A stretch of DNA of 64,000 nucleotides from Octopus sinensis (taxonomy: Eukaryota). The stretch is from positions 84,010,001 through 84,074,000 of the forward strand of contig NC_043000.1 of assembly GCF_006345805.1 (NCBI RefSeq), given 5' to 3'. The notes below the pieces were generated by a model, which had not been told where the DNA came from, ran no database searches, and was given only the letters and a program-made list of their open reading frames with translations. Below are positions 23,161-38,268 of the stretch, piece by piece (position 1 is the stretch's first letter; each line of letters begins with the position of its first letter). A program made the position numbers and the translations under genes.

Positions 23161-25654
23161 GCCGGAAAAAAATGTAAGGAGAAATGAAAGATAAAGTAAG
23201 TTGTTATCGGAAAGTCTGATTTATTTGTAGAAGATATAGTTCGGGTAGTGAAAAAGTGAGGGCTGGTGGTGGTAGTGGCTTCGGCGAAAGAGAAGGTAAA
23301 ATGATACTGCTGATGAATATAATAATTCAGAAGTACAAATAGGGATAAATTTAAAGTAGTAACTGTAAGTATGGTTTCTGTGGTTATGATGATGGTTCAA
23401 TAAAGTTTTTGGGAAATGTAATGATAGTGAAGAATCGAAGATAAAAAGTGTAAAATCGAGAATGAATAGGCAGCAAGAAGAGAAGAGTGTGGATAACTGG
23501 TTAGGAGTGAATGGTTAGAGATTAAAATGGATGATATGTTGAGAAAGATAGTCGGCTTGGCAAGAGAAAGACTAAGATAGTTTAAGTTAATAGTGTGGAT
23601 GGGGTGTGGTGGAGCAGTGGTGCTTTTTTTTATATAGGCGATGGCAAAAAAAGATAAGAAGAATGTGATTGCCGTTGTACATAACGAAATCATTAAAAAG
23701 GGGGGTTTCTAGTGATATTTGGGTGCTGTGATAATGTAGTTTTTAATGTAATAAAGCAAACATGGAAATAACTGAAAAATAGCAAGACTAGATGATAACA
23801 AAATTGTGTGTAAATATATGCTTGTGCAATTCTGAATATACTTTTGAATATGTATACAATACTGTGTCTCAAGCATGATATGAACCATTGGTAACTCTGC
23901 TGGGTTATCTGGTAACCTACGGACATACCCAGTGGGACATTCTTGTACGGATTCATGTATATTTTATACTTTAATATATTCTAAGCGACGCACAATATAC
24001 AATATACAATATGCAATATAAGTAATACAATTGAAACCTATATAAAAACATATAAAGTTAAACGGTTGGAAATAAATACTGTCACTCTGCTATAGGACTC
24101 AATATAATACCTGGAGGTAGTACTGCAGATATAGGGATTAAAACCAACTAAATAATTTATACTTTCTGTATTTGTCACCTTCAGATATTAAGGCAGTCTA
24201 GTCTCATTTTGCATTCAGAAAACTGTTGTGAAAATCTGAACTTTTCATTTTCTGTCGTCCCAATGTGTAAATGCGGCAACTTAGCCTCTGGCATGGCGAT
24301 GGTCAATAAATAAATTTTTTTGTATATTGAGTGATATGCGTTAATGACACTGATCAGAAAAGATATATCTACGTCGTTTATGTATTTCCTCAAAATGTTT
24401 GCGACGTAGACATAACGGAGATTTGAAAGCGGGACGCGTGCCTATCCGTCACTAAGGGAGTGCACTGGACGGCATTGCTTCCTCACTATTTAATGGTGCA
24501 CCTTCAGATTTAGAAAATACAGTTTTCAAAAATCTTCTTGCAATACAAATTAGTGCCCACCCAGAATATTTTCAGGTACCAAAGTCTGACGACGGGCCTG
24601 ATTGCGTGGGTAGCTAACTTTCCCTCTCTACAGCACCAGACGCTTTGAAGCATTCATATAAATGAATATGAATTATTGATTCACAGGAATGGATGATAAC
24701 AATCTAGATAACATTTGTAAACATATTCCTTCATTGTTTACTGTTTTAATATTTGTTCCACATGTTTGTCAAGTATTTAATTGTATTTTTTGTCTTTTTC
24801 TTTCGCAGACATTTTTTTTCAATCAAGCATTACTATGTACTATAGAATTAATTTTATATTCACTGTGTACATATTTATTTTCTTTTAAAGCTTGTATCTT
24901 TTTTATCGTTTTATCTTTTAACGGTATATATCTTTTGGAGAACTGTTCTTTTCTGGTGGCTATGTAGGATTATCAGAATCACTACACGTATTTAATCTGC
25001 TCTTTGCGCGAAATCTGCCGCTGGCTTACACGTTCCAAAGTTTAGATTTTAACAGTTTCTTCGGAAGGAGACAGACTTGATATTTGAAGATAGAGTATTT
25101 TCTTTGTTTTCCATTTTTATTTAAATTTACTATAAGATATATTTCCGACCACTTTATCGTATATTGAAATTATGTGACGTCAATATTATTGTTGTCACAT
25201 ATTTGTTTTCTAATGCCCTTTGGATTACGCTAAAGTACGTTCAGTTCAACGAAAAGAGATAGACAGGATGAAAAAAAAGGGACAGACAGACAGACAAAGA
25301 CAGAGATACAGAGGATAGATAGATCGATCGATAGATAGATAGATAGAGAGAGAGGCAAAGACAGAGATAGATACGATAGATATAGACAGAAAGGGAGACT
25401 TAGTGAGAAAGAGGGTGAGAGAAAGTGAGAGAAAGAGAGTGAGAGAGAGCGAGAGAGAGTGAGAGAGTGTGAGAAAGAGAGCGAGAGCGAGAGAGTCAGA
25501 GTCAGAGAGAGATAGTGAAAGAGAGAGTAAGAAAGGAAAAGCAATAAAGTAAACCTTTCTTTGAAGTTATAAGCTCCCTCCATATCAATAATAATAATGT
25601 ACATTCTTCACTTTCTCCGAAGAAAATATTTAACATGCTGGTATTACATTATTT

Positions 25655-25856
25655 AGCTGCGAGCTGGCACGCCGGACAAAATGCTTAGCCGCATTTCGTC
25701 CGTCTCTACGTTCTGAGTTCAAATTTCACCGAGGTCGACTTTGCCTTTCATCCTTTCGAGGCCGCTAAAATAAATTTCAGCTGAGTACTGGTGTCGATGT
25801 AGTTGACTGTCCCCTTCATCGAAATTACTGGTCTTGTGCCAAAATTGGAAACCATT
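25655..25856 (+). mobile_element. SINE type 2 with a 12-bp head deletion
   Basis: GAGCTGGCA|CGCCGG lacks GAATCGTTAGCA; the rest of the core and tail is present. Confidence 0.8.
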
Positions 25857-27189
25857 ATATCACTTCGCTACATCCTGATTTTGCAAATTGAAGTTTTGAT
25901 TGAATTAATGTAAAGAAACCAAACTATTAATAAAACAAGTTTTGCGTTAGATTACGATAATAGTTACATCAAACTGTTATTCTCACTATACGTCTATCAA
26001 CTCAATATGAAGCTGACTATGTCTGATTTTAACTACAAATGTTATTTTTATTGTCTTATATGACTGGCTTAGCTAATAGTACAGAGACTGACAGATAAAA
26101 GCTGTCAGTTCCAATTGAATGTTACGGGCTACTGCAGAATACGCTAATAAAATGCATCGTATTGACATATTCGGCAGCCTCACAAGCACTTTGGCTAGCA
26201 GAGAATGATATTTTTACTAAAGATTTTTCGTAAAAGCTCTTTCGTACGTTCTGAAAATTTCTGTGGATGTTATACAAGAATTCAAAGAAAATACTTAGTA
26301 TTAAAAAAAAAGAAAAACAGACAAATATATAAAAATCTTTCTAGCTTCAGAAAGCTGTTTGAAGTGTTGATCTCCAATTCCAAAAGACTTTCAATGAAGT
26401 CACCATAAATTATTTTATATAGCTAATTCTTTCATTAAGATTTTCTAAAAATAGAGAAGATTAAGAGAAAAGTAAAGTTATTACATTAAAATATACCTTC
26501 TTTCTACAGAAACAAACATATTCTACTGAGGTTATTTCATGAGATGTTGGTTTGCGAATGTTTTAAATTACCTGGATGAAATGGATTGGCTAATTTGAAT
26601 GGTTTATAAGAAAATATTAGATATTCTAAGATTGAATCGTTAATTCCATCATAGTTGCAGAATCTCATTATGAAATAAATCCCAACTACTGGTATGACCA
26701 ATGAATAGCAATCAGTACTTTAGATATTATAGTGTTTACTTTTAAAATTGAACATGACCGTTCGTCTATGTATCACGAAGATAGGAAATGGTGGAGTGAG
26801 TGTTCAAGAAAGGAGAAGGGTAAACAGGGAATGATAGTGATAGAAAGAAAATCTTACTCTTTTTCTCTCGTTCTCTCTCTCTCTCTCTCTCTCGCTCTTT
26901 CTCACGTCTTTTCTCCTTCCGTCCTCTACATCTGCTTCCGTGTGTGTCAATTGTACAACGTTTTAAGCAGAAACTATCCGGAAAGGACCGATTTATTTTC
27001 GACTTCACAACTCTAAGTAGACGACGACATTTTACTGAAAAAAAAAATGAGGTTAAAGCCAGCTAGTACTCGCATAAGAGTATGACTTGGCTTCATGCAC
27101 CATCCTTTTCTAAATTGTATTAGATAACTCTATAGTCACGAGCAGATACCGACACCCGTTCGTGAAAATTCGAACACAACAACCAGAAG

Positions 27190-27356
27190 ACAGAGCTGTA
27201 CCATTAATCGACTGCAACTCATTTAGATCAGAGTTGACTGAAACAACGTAGAATGAAGTGCCTTGTTCAATAGTACACCGCACTGTCCAAATCAGAAATT
27301 GAAGTCAGAACCTTATGGTCATGAACCAAGGACCCTTAACCACTTGGCCACGCGCC
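27190..27356 (-). mobile_element. SINE type 3-like (CORE) head and body, diverged
   Basis: Reverse complement reads GGCGCGTGGCCAAGTGGTTAAGG..TTGAACAAGGCACTT. Confidence 0.65.
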
Positions 27357-27889
27357 AAATAATTATATGAATAATTGTTTATTTTCAACTATAACCAATA
27401 CACCAGTTTCATCATTATGTCTAAATTTTTCAACAGTACTGACAAGACTTCAAGTGCCTATGTATCTGGACAAGACTTACAGCAAAGAAAAAGATCGCTG
27501 TCAACTGCATAAACAATAAGGTATGGGATAGCTTCTTTTCAGGAGATTTGTAAATTTATAAATATAGAAATTCAGTTCCAGGCTCTACAACCATTCAGTT
27601 GAATTCTTAAATTCTTTAGAATCTCTTTGGCTCCGAGCGGCATCGACTTTTGCTCTAAGCAGGAGCCACAATGTTCCGTCGTACGGAATGATAACTCCTG
27701 TACAATTACACACTCTCAGCTTTGTAACATTTGACTGGGGCTTAAGAAAATAATGTAGGTGGAAGCATAACATGCTTCATATATCTGCAAATTCTCCCTC
27801 AAACACCTTAAATCATATCTTACTGTATGTATGTATGTATGTATGTATGTATGTATGTATGTATGTATGTATGTATGTATGTATGTATG

Positions 27890-27950
<61 letters not shown>

Positions 27951-27980
27951 GTGTACTTATGTGTGTATCTATCCATATAA

Positions 27981-28672
27981 ACAAGGGGAAGTCAAAACTT
28001 ATCCACACCTTCGCCAAAACTTACTCTAGGTTGGCCACCCTACTTACAGTGCTCGCATGCTAAAAGGTGGTACTCTTGTGGTTTTGTAACCAAGGGTTAA
28101 CCTTGATCGCTCCAATTTTGTTTCTTGTGTGAGAGATTAAACATGGCTGCATCGCTAGCCAAGAAAGATTAAACATGGCTGCATCGCTAGCCAAGTCAAT
28201 GATCCTATTTTTCTGGTCTGAAAGATGTGTCAAAGGCTAAAGTTCATCATAGGCTTTCTGTAAAATACGGTGACAGCTCTCACTTGCGCAGAAGTGTGTA
28301 TGGGTGGATCGAGAAGTTTAAAAATGACCGGATGTGCGCGAAGCACGAATAGGGGGTAGGATGGCCGTAAACCTTTATTACTGATGTGAAAATCCTACAA
28401 GCACGAGAGATGGTTCTGAGGAACCGACGAGTGGGCATGTTCGCAACAAACTAATCATTGTTCTGCATATTATATCATGCGCAACAAGCTTCGGTTCCAT
28501 ATAGTCTATGTGAGGTGGATGCCAAGAGAGCTTACCGAAGCGTATAAGCGTAATCATGAGATATGTCAACGCTTCCTCGATCACTACAACGATGAAGGTG
28601 AAGCTTTCTGGAGATAATAGTCGCAGGAGATATAGAAACAGGAGTACGAAATATTTTTGACTTACCCTTGCA
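27981..28672 (+). mobile_element. internally deleted mariner transposon
   Basis: TIRs CAAGGGGAAGTCAAAACTTATC / AAATATTTTTGACTTACCCTTG. Transposase remnants SVYGWIEKFKN and RWMPRELTE (WVPHEL-like). A 32-bp tandem duplication lies at about 28134-28195. Confidence 0.85.
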
Positions 28673-28881
28673 TATATATATATATATATATAAACGCAGT
28701 GTAGATAAAACAGGGGGCAACTGATGAAGGGAATGTTTTTTATGTTGTCTGTCTCGTTCCTCATTTTGTCGACGTTTTTTCGATGTCCTGTACCCATATA
28801 TGCATGTATATATACATATATATGTAGGTATGTACATACATATATTATATTTTATATATATATATACATACATACATACAT

Positions 28882-28914
<33 letters not shown>

Positions 28915-30667
28915 CTCACGTTGTCACGTGACCTACCACATTGCTACACATCGCTGGTCACAATGCGCTTCGCATTGTTTTAGCCTTCACTGACGCCAAC
29001 AGAAGCCAACAAAATCATGTTTTCTTCAAGTCTTCGGAGATTTACTGATTTCTAATATATTAAAATGACTTTTAATTGAAATATAGGTATAATAGAAATG
29101 CATCAAACGTAGGACTTAACTCGGAAAAATATTAAACAAAATTGACAACTGTGAGAATTTCAACACAGAACACAACAAAATACCACCTGGAATGTTGTCC
29201 GACACTAAAGTTTCTGTTTATCGGCTGTTTTTCCACTGGTCTTGTAACATTTCCACCATCTTTGTTATTAGCATAGACTCTTTTCTGTTGTTTACAAAGA
29301 GAAATTCATTATTAAACTTTGTTGTAAACGCGTTTAATGAACGACATTTCTGGATCATTGGTTGCGCGATAGTCCCATAAATCAAATGGCAAAAGAACGA
29401 GCGCACAAATTTAACGTCATCTTTCCTTCATTAGCTTGCAGTTGTAGCTCTTGTTTGCGCGTCGTTGTGAGAAACAACTCTAAGCATTTATTAAATAAAC
29501 TGTGGGTGTATCTATATACTTCTATCTCTCGTAGCTTGAGCGTTAATGCTTTTCAGGTATTTGCTCTGATGATAGGACAGTCTCTTTCAGTTAGGAATCA
29601 GTTTATTAATTTATGCAAGGCTGATCCTATCGTTTCTTAACTGCTTGCTAATGCAGGTAGCTATAAGCCACAACTAAATTCTGGCTTGGGGTAAAATAAT
29701 CTTGTGAAAAGAAGCCATGTTGTTTCTCTATCTAACTAAGAATAAATACGGCGTATTCGTTTTATACTTCTCGTTTACATATAATTCTTGTATGCTAACA
29801 GTTTTCTTTGAAAATCGGTTTTATCTCATCCTTCAACCGTCTCAATAATTTCTGCCTCTTCTCATTTGCTTTACTTCTTATAGACTTTTATCATATTTTC
29901 AATGTTTTCATTAAAAGTGTGTATAGAAACATATAAGCAGTACAAAACAGCTTAACTTAATTATTTGCTGGTCGCACAAAGTCTTTTCAAGCTCTAAAGA
30001 GTCTCCTAACCCTTAAAAGGTCACAGCTTATGTAGAATATCTATTTCCGTTGATATAGTCTGATAACGGCTTCTAATTCTGTTGGAAATAGAATCTATTC
30101 ATTTGTATGAATAAATCACACCAAAATTATCATTTGTTCTGATTTAAATGGTGAAATATTTTCTATTTGTTGAAAATTGAATTAGTTTCGTGCAACAACT
30201 TCCCAGAACATCGTTGTTTTGCTTCCGCTGGTAATGTTAACTTTTTCTGATAAATTTAATGTTAAAATAATTCTATGAAACAAAACTCTTAATGCAAGTA
30301 ATATATATCAACCTTGATTAAGCAGATCAATAATTAAATGCACACCTGTCGTTAATCTCAGGTTTCCTTTTTCATGCATTGTGTATCTAGGACCACTTTA
30401 TCTAATGTCTTCCATGGTAAACTGTACTTGGGGAGGGATTTGTTTTCTATTTCTAGTTAATCCAATGTTCACGTAGAAGCTTCTTCGTTGTTCAGATTCC
30501 CAGGTATAGCGTACACCTGTAATTCCATGGGCATAACAGACCTTGGGATTGGGCCTTGAAGATTTAAATTGGACTGACTCATTCACATGCCGACACAACT
30601 ACGTAAAGGTCAAAATGGTGCATCTTTTATCGTTGCCATTTCGTATTGATTCTCTATTACAATGTGC

Positions 30668-30957
30668 GATGGCTGGTTACTGCATCTTTAACTTCACAAT
30701 TTTTCTTTGGGAGGGGCAAAATCACCTTTACAAATATAAAGTTACAATAAGTGTCATATTTTCAGACAGACATCTTTTGGTTTAGCTTAAAGTATATTCG
30801 GTAGAGAAGAATGATGGCTGGTTACTGCATCTTTAACCTTACAATTTTTCTTTAGGAGGGGCAAAATCACCTTTACAAATATAAAGCTACAAAAAGTGTT
30901 ATATTTTCAGGCAGATATCTTTTGGTTTAGCTTAACGTATATTCGGCAGAGAAGAAT
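30668..30957. repeat. 145-bp tandem duplication
   Basis: GATGGCTGGTTACTGCATC...AGAGAAGAAT at 30668-30812 and 30813-30957, with scattered substitutions. Confidence 0.9.
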
Positions 30958-32097
30958 GGCACCAGTTTCGTCGAAAATACAAAGTTCAACTCCTGCTACA
31001 CTTTTCGTTTATCTCTTTTATATCTAGAGATAAACGAAAATCAACCTAACTATCTTGATATATGTGGAATCTGAATGAGAAAAGAATCAACAACACCAGC
31101 CTGTTGTCGAAACTACAACTCTTTGTATCAATGAATCAAAAGGATACCAGGTCTTCGGCCTGGAAAATATAACATACTTATGCAAACTTTTGAATTCACG
31201 AACACTACGGTATTTTCAGTTAGAAACTGAATAAAATCGCGCATTTCTTAGTACCATGTTGGCAACATGTATATTGTAGCAATCTCGAACTAGTTGTTGA
31301 AATGATTAACAAACCACTTTTTACGGCTACTGCTTTTGTCCATTAGAAAGTGCTATAAATAGCATGTTACGTCACACTAACACAACTGACTAACATTCAG
31401 AAGCCTGATGATGTGGGAAACCTCATGTATAAATAAACTCTACAATATATATCGAGTACTTTTTTGCCTGTTTGAAGATCCAAACACACGTACACATGCA
31501 CACACACACTTACACACACGCATACACACATACATACACACACACATACATACACACACATTTTAATGAAAAACTATCAGCCAATCATCGTTTTGTAAAT
31601 TTGGCGCGTTAGAGTGTAGTCTATTGTAGCCAATGCTTTTTTAAAGGAGGTAATTAGTTCATAATTAGCTGTTTAGGAAACATATTTGGATGTCTTCTTG
31701 GACTCAAGAAATACAATGGAACAGACAATACAATGAGGCAAACTGACAAATCAAGTAAATGATCTGGAAATGGAAGAGATAAGACAATACAGGAGCTGGA
31801 CAAATATTTTTTCTGTAGATACTTTTACTCTTACTTATTTCAGTTTTACTGTATTATAGCGAACAACCAAAAGATGCTTCCACCAAGATGGCATTAAAAC
31901 TGTTTGCAAGTCGTACAAATGCGAATGACAAATGGATATTTTCGACAGAGTGAAAAATCTGTTTTAGAACACATGTCAAGGACGAATACTATATGTACCA
32001 TTTATGAATATATTTGTCAGTGCTAGCTATGTCATGTAGCACTGTAATAATGTACTTAAGTGTAACATATATTACATAGGTCATAATATACAAAAGT

Positions 32098-32484
32098 GGA
32101 GGCGCAATGGCCCAGTGGTTAAGGCAGCGGACTCGCGGTCATAGGATCGTGGTTTCGATTCCCAGACCGGGCGTTGTGAGTGTTTATTGAGCGAAAACAC
32201 CTAAAAGTTCCACGAGGCTCCGGCAGGGGGTGGTGGTGATCCCTGCTGTACTCTTTCACCACAACTTTCTCTCACTCTTACTTCCTGTTTCTGTTGTAAC
32301 TGTATTTCAAGGGGCCGGCCTTGTCACTCTCTGTGTCACGCTGAATATCCCCGAGAACTACGTTAAGGGTGCACATGTCTGTGGAGTGCTCAGCCACTTA
32401 CACGTTAATTTCACGAGCAGGCCGTTCCGTTGATTCGGATCAACCGGAACCCTCATCGTCGTAACCGACGGAGTGCTTCCATCC
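32098..32484 (+). mobile_element. SINE type 3 (OR-like), full length, young
   Basis: tRNA-like head GGAGGCGCAATGGCCCAGTGGTTAAGG..GGTTTCGATTCCC and tail GTAACCGACGGAGTGC. TSD AATATACAA at 32085-32093 and 32485-32493. Confidence 0.9.
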
Positions 32485-32704
32485 AATATACAAGAGATCT
32501 GTTAAAGATTACAAAGTTATAAACAATTAATTTGACATTCAGCCAATTATTGAGTCACTACCTATTAATGTTACTTTCCGAACTCACAAGGCCTGTCCTT
32601 GTTATGAATTAGAAAACGAATCCTTGAGGATTATGATCATGCAAAAAGTAGCAAATCAATTATTTTGATTTCAATTTTTTTCACAACGCCAACAACTTCG
32701 AGGA

Positions 32705-32870
32705 AGAAGATAAGTCGATTACATTGAGCCCAATACTTCACTGGTATTTATTTTACCGACCCCAAAAGGATAAAAGGTAAAGTGGACCATGGCGGGTTTT
32801 GAGCTTAGAACGTAAATACTGATGAAATGCTGCTAAGAATTTCCCCCGGCGCACTAGTGATTCCGCCTTA
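32705..32870 (-). mobile_element. SINE type 2, diverged
   Basis: Reverse-complement core TTTTACCGACCCCAAAAGGATAAAAGGTAAAGTGGACC. Confidence 0.7.
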
Positions 32871-33007
32871 GCAAATCAATTATCTTGCCAGAAACACAGA
32901 TTCTCTTAAGAAATTGAACCAATATCGTTCAGCTGAAATTTAACGCAAATCAGCAACAAAAATGACCATATCGATAGTGTATTATAACGAATAACCAATA
33001 TATATGT

Positions 33008-33091
<84 letters not shown>

Positions 33092-33884
33092 TAACTCTTG
33101 CTTGGATAGATATATCCAACTTGGGTGGACAACAGAACTAACAAGCTTCACGATAGAACAGAAGAACAGACTATCTCTACACGTCAAAATGACTACACAT
33201 ATTTCCTATAATATACACGACACATGTCATCCGTTTAGCGTTTCCTTTCTGAAACAATGCACCTCATTGTTTAAGTATGACTTACAGTGCACGGACAATA
33301 TATATATTTCGGGACAGAAAAACGTAACAAAGTAGCTTTATCTACGCCTAACCACCAAAGCTGCTGCCAGAAAAACTCTGGTTGTAAAAAATGAAAAGAC
33401 GGACACACTATGGATGTTTAGTATATAGACAGAACAACAGATATCACATAATAAGTGTGACATTAATTTATGACGACAAAAATGTCAATGCATTACCAAA
33501 GAATCGTAGGAATACAAAATGGCTTTAGTATTTTTCAGAAACGGGCTGGAAAATCTATGGAATTATGATGTTGAATAAAAAACATGACGGTGAGGAAATG
33601 TGTCAACAACAGCAATGGTTAACATCTCCTGTAAAGGCATCGGCAAAATTACCCCCGAGGATAACAGAGGCTCGTTTCTGAGAGTTGTAATACTAGAATC
33701 AGTAAATTTTGGTAGAGCGCTTACATGAAACATTCATTAAGCTTTGGACATTTTGATGCAAAAGAAATTATCGATGTATTTCTTAAATCGCGAGTAATGA
33801 CGAAAACAACGACGAAAACATTAACACCACCACCACCGCCACCGCTACCACCACCACCACCACCACCACCACCAAATGTGGGTC

Positions 33885-34305
33885 CTATGGTTGTAAAGAT
33901 CAGCTACTCATCAACAAGATGATCTTGGAAGATTGTCAAGAAAGCTTTTGATAGTCTACCACATAGCTGGATTAAAAACTGTCGGGAAATTTATAAAATA
34001 GCACCTGCTCGGCGAAGCTTCTTATCTGCAAGTATGAGATCATGGAGAACCACTTTGACTTTGAACTTTGACAATGAATCTCTCAATGCTGGCGATGTTA
34101 GAATTTCATATGGCATTTTCCAAGGTGACTCTCTGTTACCACTCCTCCTTAATATCGCACTCGAAATTGCTCGATGATGTACAACATGGCTATAAAATTT
34201 TTGATAAAAATATACATCATCTCTTTTACATGGATGATTTAAAGCTCTTTGCAAAAAATGACGAAGGACTACAGGGTTTACAAGCAATTGTTTAACAATT
34301 CAGTG
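33885..34305 (+). mobile_element. R4/Dong-like RT fragment
   Basis: Peptides KKAFDSLPHSWI, GIFQGDSLLP and HLFYMDDLKLFAK. Confidence 0.8.
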
Positions 34306-34307
34306 AC

Positions 34308-34397
34308 CACTACACCATATGCCCACGAGCATATGGCATAGTGATTAAGAGTGCGGGCTACTAACCCCAAGATTCCGAATTCTATTCCAGGCAGTGA

Positions 34398-34401
<4 letters not shown>
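34308..34401 (+). mobile_element. tRNA-like segment associated with a Penelope-like element, followed by (AAT)n
   Basis: Same sequence as 43070-43150 (minus) and 43632-43690: GCATATGG..TAGTG.TTAAGAG.GCGGGCTACTAACCCCAAGATTCCGA.TTC.ATTCCAGGCAGTGACC. Confidence 0.7.
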
Positions 34402-34465
<64 letters not shown>

Positions 34466-34468
34466 GTA

Positions 34469-34571
<103 letters not shown>

Positions 34572-34600
34572 TAATAATAATAATAATGATAATAATAATA

Positions 34601-34663
<63 letters not shown>

Positions 34664-34664
34664 G

Positions 34665-35183
34665 TGATGCAGTACCAGGCAGTGGCTTTCGTGCCTTCTC
34701 ATCTTAACTGATTGGAAGTGTTATCGTGCTCATTGTTTTGTCTTGGTATAAAAGATGGGCTACAGCAAATATTCTGCTCAATACCAGATTTGCTTGTCAG
34801 TTGTTTGACCATAACCAGTTGACCGTGTCCCTTATTGGCTGACGATACGTGCATCTCTGATCACGAGCAGAAGTAGTGGGGTAGCAACATAGCCACGTGT
34901 AGAGAGGAATTCTTTGGGATTTGAATAATTCACCTCTGGAAAAATGGGTGTTTCGTTCAAAATCCTTAAATAACTCTTATTCAGTCAGGGACCTTTTGAG
35001 CGGGATGGGCTTCTCGACCTGAAGAAAATTCTAACTGGGCCCCACCTACAAAGTCATGCGTTGTTAATCTTGATATGAGATCACCATGTCGCGCATATAT
35101 GGTTGAGATGCATATGCCTGGTGTACCCTTATCAGACGGGTAGTTATGATGGGTATACTAGGCTTCGCATATTTTACCCCAGT
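34665..35183 (+). mobile_element. second copy of the (AAT)n-flanked ~540-bp element (3' ~30 bp missing)
   Basis: Matches the reverse complement of 9089-9635 and has (AAT)n on both sides. Confidence 0.8.
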
Positions 35184-35209
35184 AATGATAATATTTTACC
35201 CCAGTAATG

Positions 35210-35292
<83 letters not shown>

Positions 35293-35712
35293 TATTATTA
35301 TTATAATAATAATGCGATTTAGATAAGAGAAACAAATTGAATTTGAAATTGGAGAAATTTTATAGATGTGTTAAAATGACTTGTTCACAGACAGTGATAT
35401 TTAGCACAGATAGCATTTTAATTTATAAATGTATGTTATATGTATTAAAAATATCGGAAAAATCAATAGGTGGTAAAAATGTCTATTCGGCATTTTCAAC
35501 TAATCTTCAAAATGTTATTTTCCTTAATGGTGTACAAGTTTATTTTTAAAAGTAATTTTCATCTAACTCTAAACACTAAATTTAACGTGTTTTCCACTAG
35601 TTATTTTATTTTGTCTTCCCGTCTTCTCCAGGCTAACGCCATCGATTCATTCAATCATTCATTACTTACCTTACATCCATTGATATTCTACAGTGTTATT
35701 TCAAACACGAAA

Positions 35713-35830
<118 letters not shown>

Positions 35831-35843
35831 CCTAACTACCTAC

Positions 35844-35914
<71 letters not shown>

Positions 35915-35967
35915 CCTGCCTACCTACCTACCTACCTACCTACCTACCTACCTACCTACCTACCTAC

Positions 35968-36030
<63 letters not shown>

Positions 36031-36082
36031 CCTACCTACATACCTACCTACCTACCTATCTATCTATCTATCTATCTATCTA

Positions 36083-36115
<33 letters not shown>

Positions 36116-36554
36116 ATATTTATCTATCTGTCTGTCTGTCTGTCTGTCTGCCATGTATACACGTATATACATCTACACACGTATATATGAACATCTGTGA
36201 GTGTGTATTTACATATATATATATATATATATGAATGCCTGTGTAAGTGCATATGTACGTATATATGTGTTTGCATGAGTATATATGTATATGTTTATGT
36301 ATATGTATATATAACCTTATACACACACGCGCGTGCTATACATATACATACACACACATATATATATGGCGGGGTATTTATATATGTATATGTGTGTATG
36401 TGTGTGTGTGTGTCTGTGTGTGTATGTAAATATTTTTTTTGTCAAGACATTTTGACTAACATTTACTGTGATAAGTCTACTTGTTGACAATTTACTTTAT
36501 TAATGCTCACTGTCTGCTCTGGGTATTTACTTACGTAACCTGCCTGATACCTTC

Positions 36555-36585
<31 letters not shown>

Positions 36586-37837
36586 CATACATACATACAT
36601 ACATACTACATACATACATACGTACATACATAAATACATGCATACATACATACATACATACATGCATACGTACATACATACATACATACATGCATACATA
36701 CGTACATACATACGTACATACATACATACATACACGCATACATACATACATACATGCATACATACATACATACATACATACATACGTACGTACATACATA
36801 CATATATACATACATACATACATGCATATATACATACATACATACATACATACATACGTACATACATACATGCATACATACATACATACATACATACATA
36901 CATACATACATACATACATACATACATACATGCATATGTGCATGTGTGTTATACATAGTGCTATATCATTGTACTTTAATTTGAAAATTGCTCAACTCCC
37001 CTTTTCTGCTCCGTTAATAAGAAATAATTCTCAATTCCCGTTCATTTGCTTACGTCGAAGGATTAGCTAGTGTTTAAATTTCATTTGTGTATTTTGTTCT
37101 TTTCATTTAATCTGAGCTAATCTTAAATACGAAACATTCTTCATGTAAAAATTCCACCAAAACAAATTTTACTGTTAATCAAATAGTGACTTATTGTTTT
37201 TTTAGTTCCAGGTGAGTTTTCATCCAGTAGAATTTTAACCAGAGGCATTTCCAATAGGACGCAGTCTTTTAAGAAGAATGTGTGTCGCGGCATATATTAT
37301 TGAATGTATTCTTTCCGTATCTTAGATAGTAGTGTGAGATTCGTAGAATATTTGGCTGCTATTTCTATGTCTTTGATTATCCTTGTAAAGGCTTTCTCTG
37401 TGTCTTATGTATTTCACTGATGGCTACCTTCCGGGTCGCTGACAATCTGATTTATATTTTTAAATCAAATTCGTCTATCAGTAATGTAGATTAACCTTTC
37501 ATTATTTTCCACTAAACAATCTACGGTCATATTAGGAACTATGAAAGAATATTTAAGAAGCTACTGACAAAAGCACATTCAGTCAATAGCCTGAATTTAC
37601 ACTTCACGAAATACACACATTTCCTCTAATCATATAAGACAATCAAATACTACTTCAATTATCACGAACGAACAGCTGTCGGTTACTCAGCCAACTTCTA
37701 TTATCTCTTAATATGTACTATGCCGTTTAAGACGGTGAGCTGAGAGAATCGTTAGCACACCGGGCAATATGCTTGGCGGCCTTATGTCTAAACTGTTGAG
37801 TTTATGCCCATATCTGAAAACAATATGTACTATACTG

Positions 37838-38059
37838 TTAAGGCAGCGAGCTGGCGGAATTGTTAGCACACCGGGCAAAATGCTTAGCAGCATTTCGTCC
37901 GTCTTTACAATCTAAGTTCAAATTTCGCCGGGGTCGACTTTGCTTTTTATCCTTTCGGGTTTGATGAAAATAAGTACCAGTTGAGCACTGTGGTCGATGA
38001 GTCGATGTAACGACTTAATCTCTTCCCGAAACTGCTGGCCTTGTGGCAAAATATGAAAC
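37838..38059 (+). mobile_element. SINE type 2 with 17-bp TSD
   Basis: TSD CAATATGTACT(A/G)TACTG at 37821-37837 and 38060-38076. Confidence 0.88.
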
Positions 38060-38268
38060 CAATATGTACTGTACTGAATAATTCGCGTTGCAAGCATGAA
38101 CTACAAGCCACCTATCTCTACAAATGTTCTACCGGCAAAACAGGAACTTCCTGAGAGAACCTCTCGTAAGACTTCCTATAAAGTATTTCCGGGCTTATAT
38201 GACGTCACGAGGAATAAGGTATCGGACAAAATATATTTTGGAAAATAATTTTTTCATAATTTCTGAAC

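Noticed and set aside
28715-28760. CTGATGAAGGG as a hammerhead start
   Set aside because: No stem II closure or GAAA follows.
29218-29406. 62-aa protein-like minus-strand ORF
   Set aside because: Short, with no convincing splice sites or recognisable motif.
32098-32175. tRNA gene (also 43070-43150 and other SINE heads)
   Set aside because: There is no proper acceptor stem or terminator; each continues into a repeat body and occurs in multiple diverged copies.
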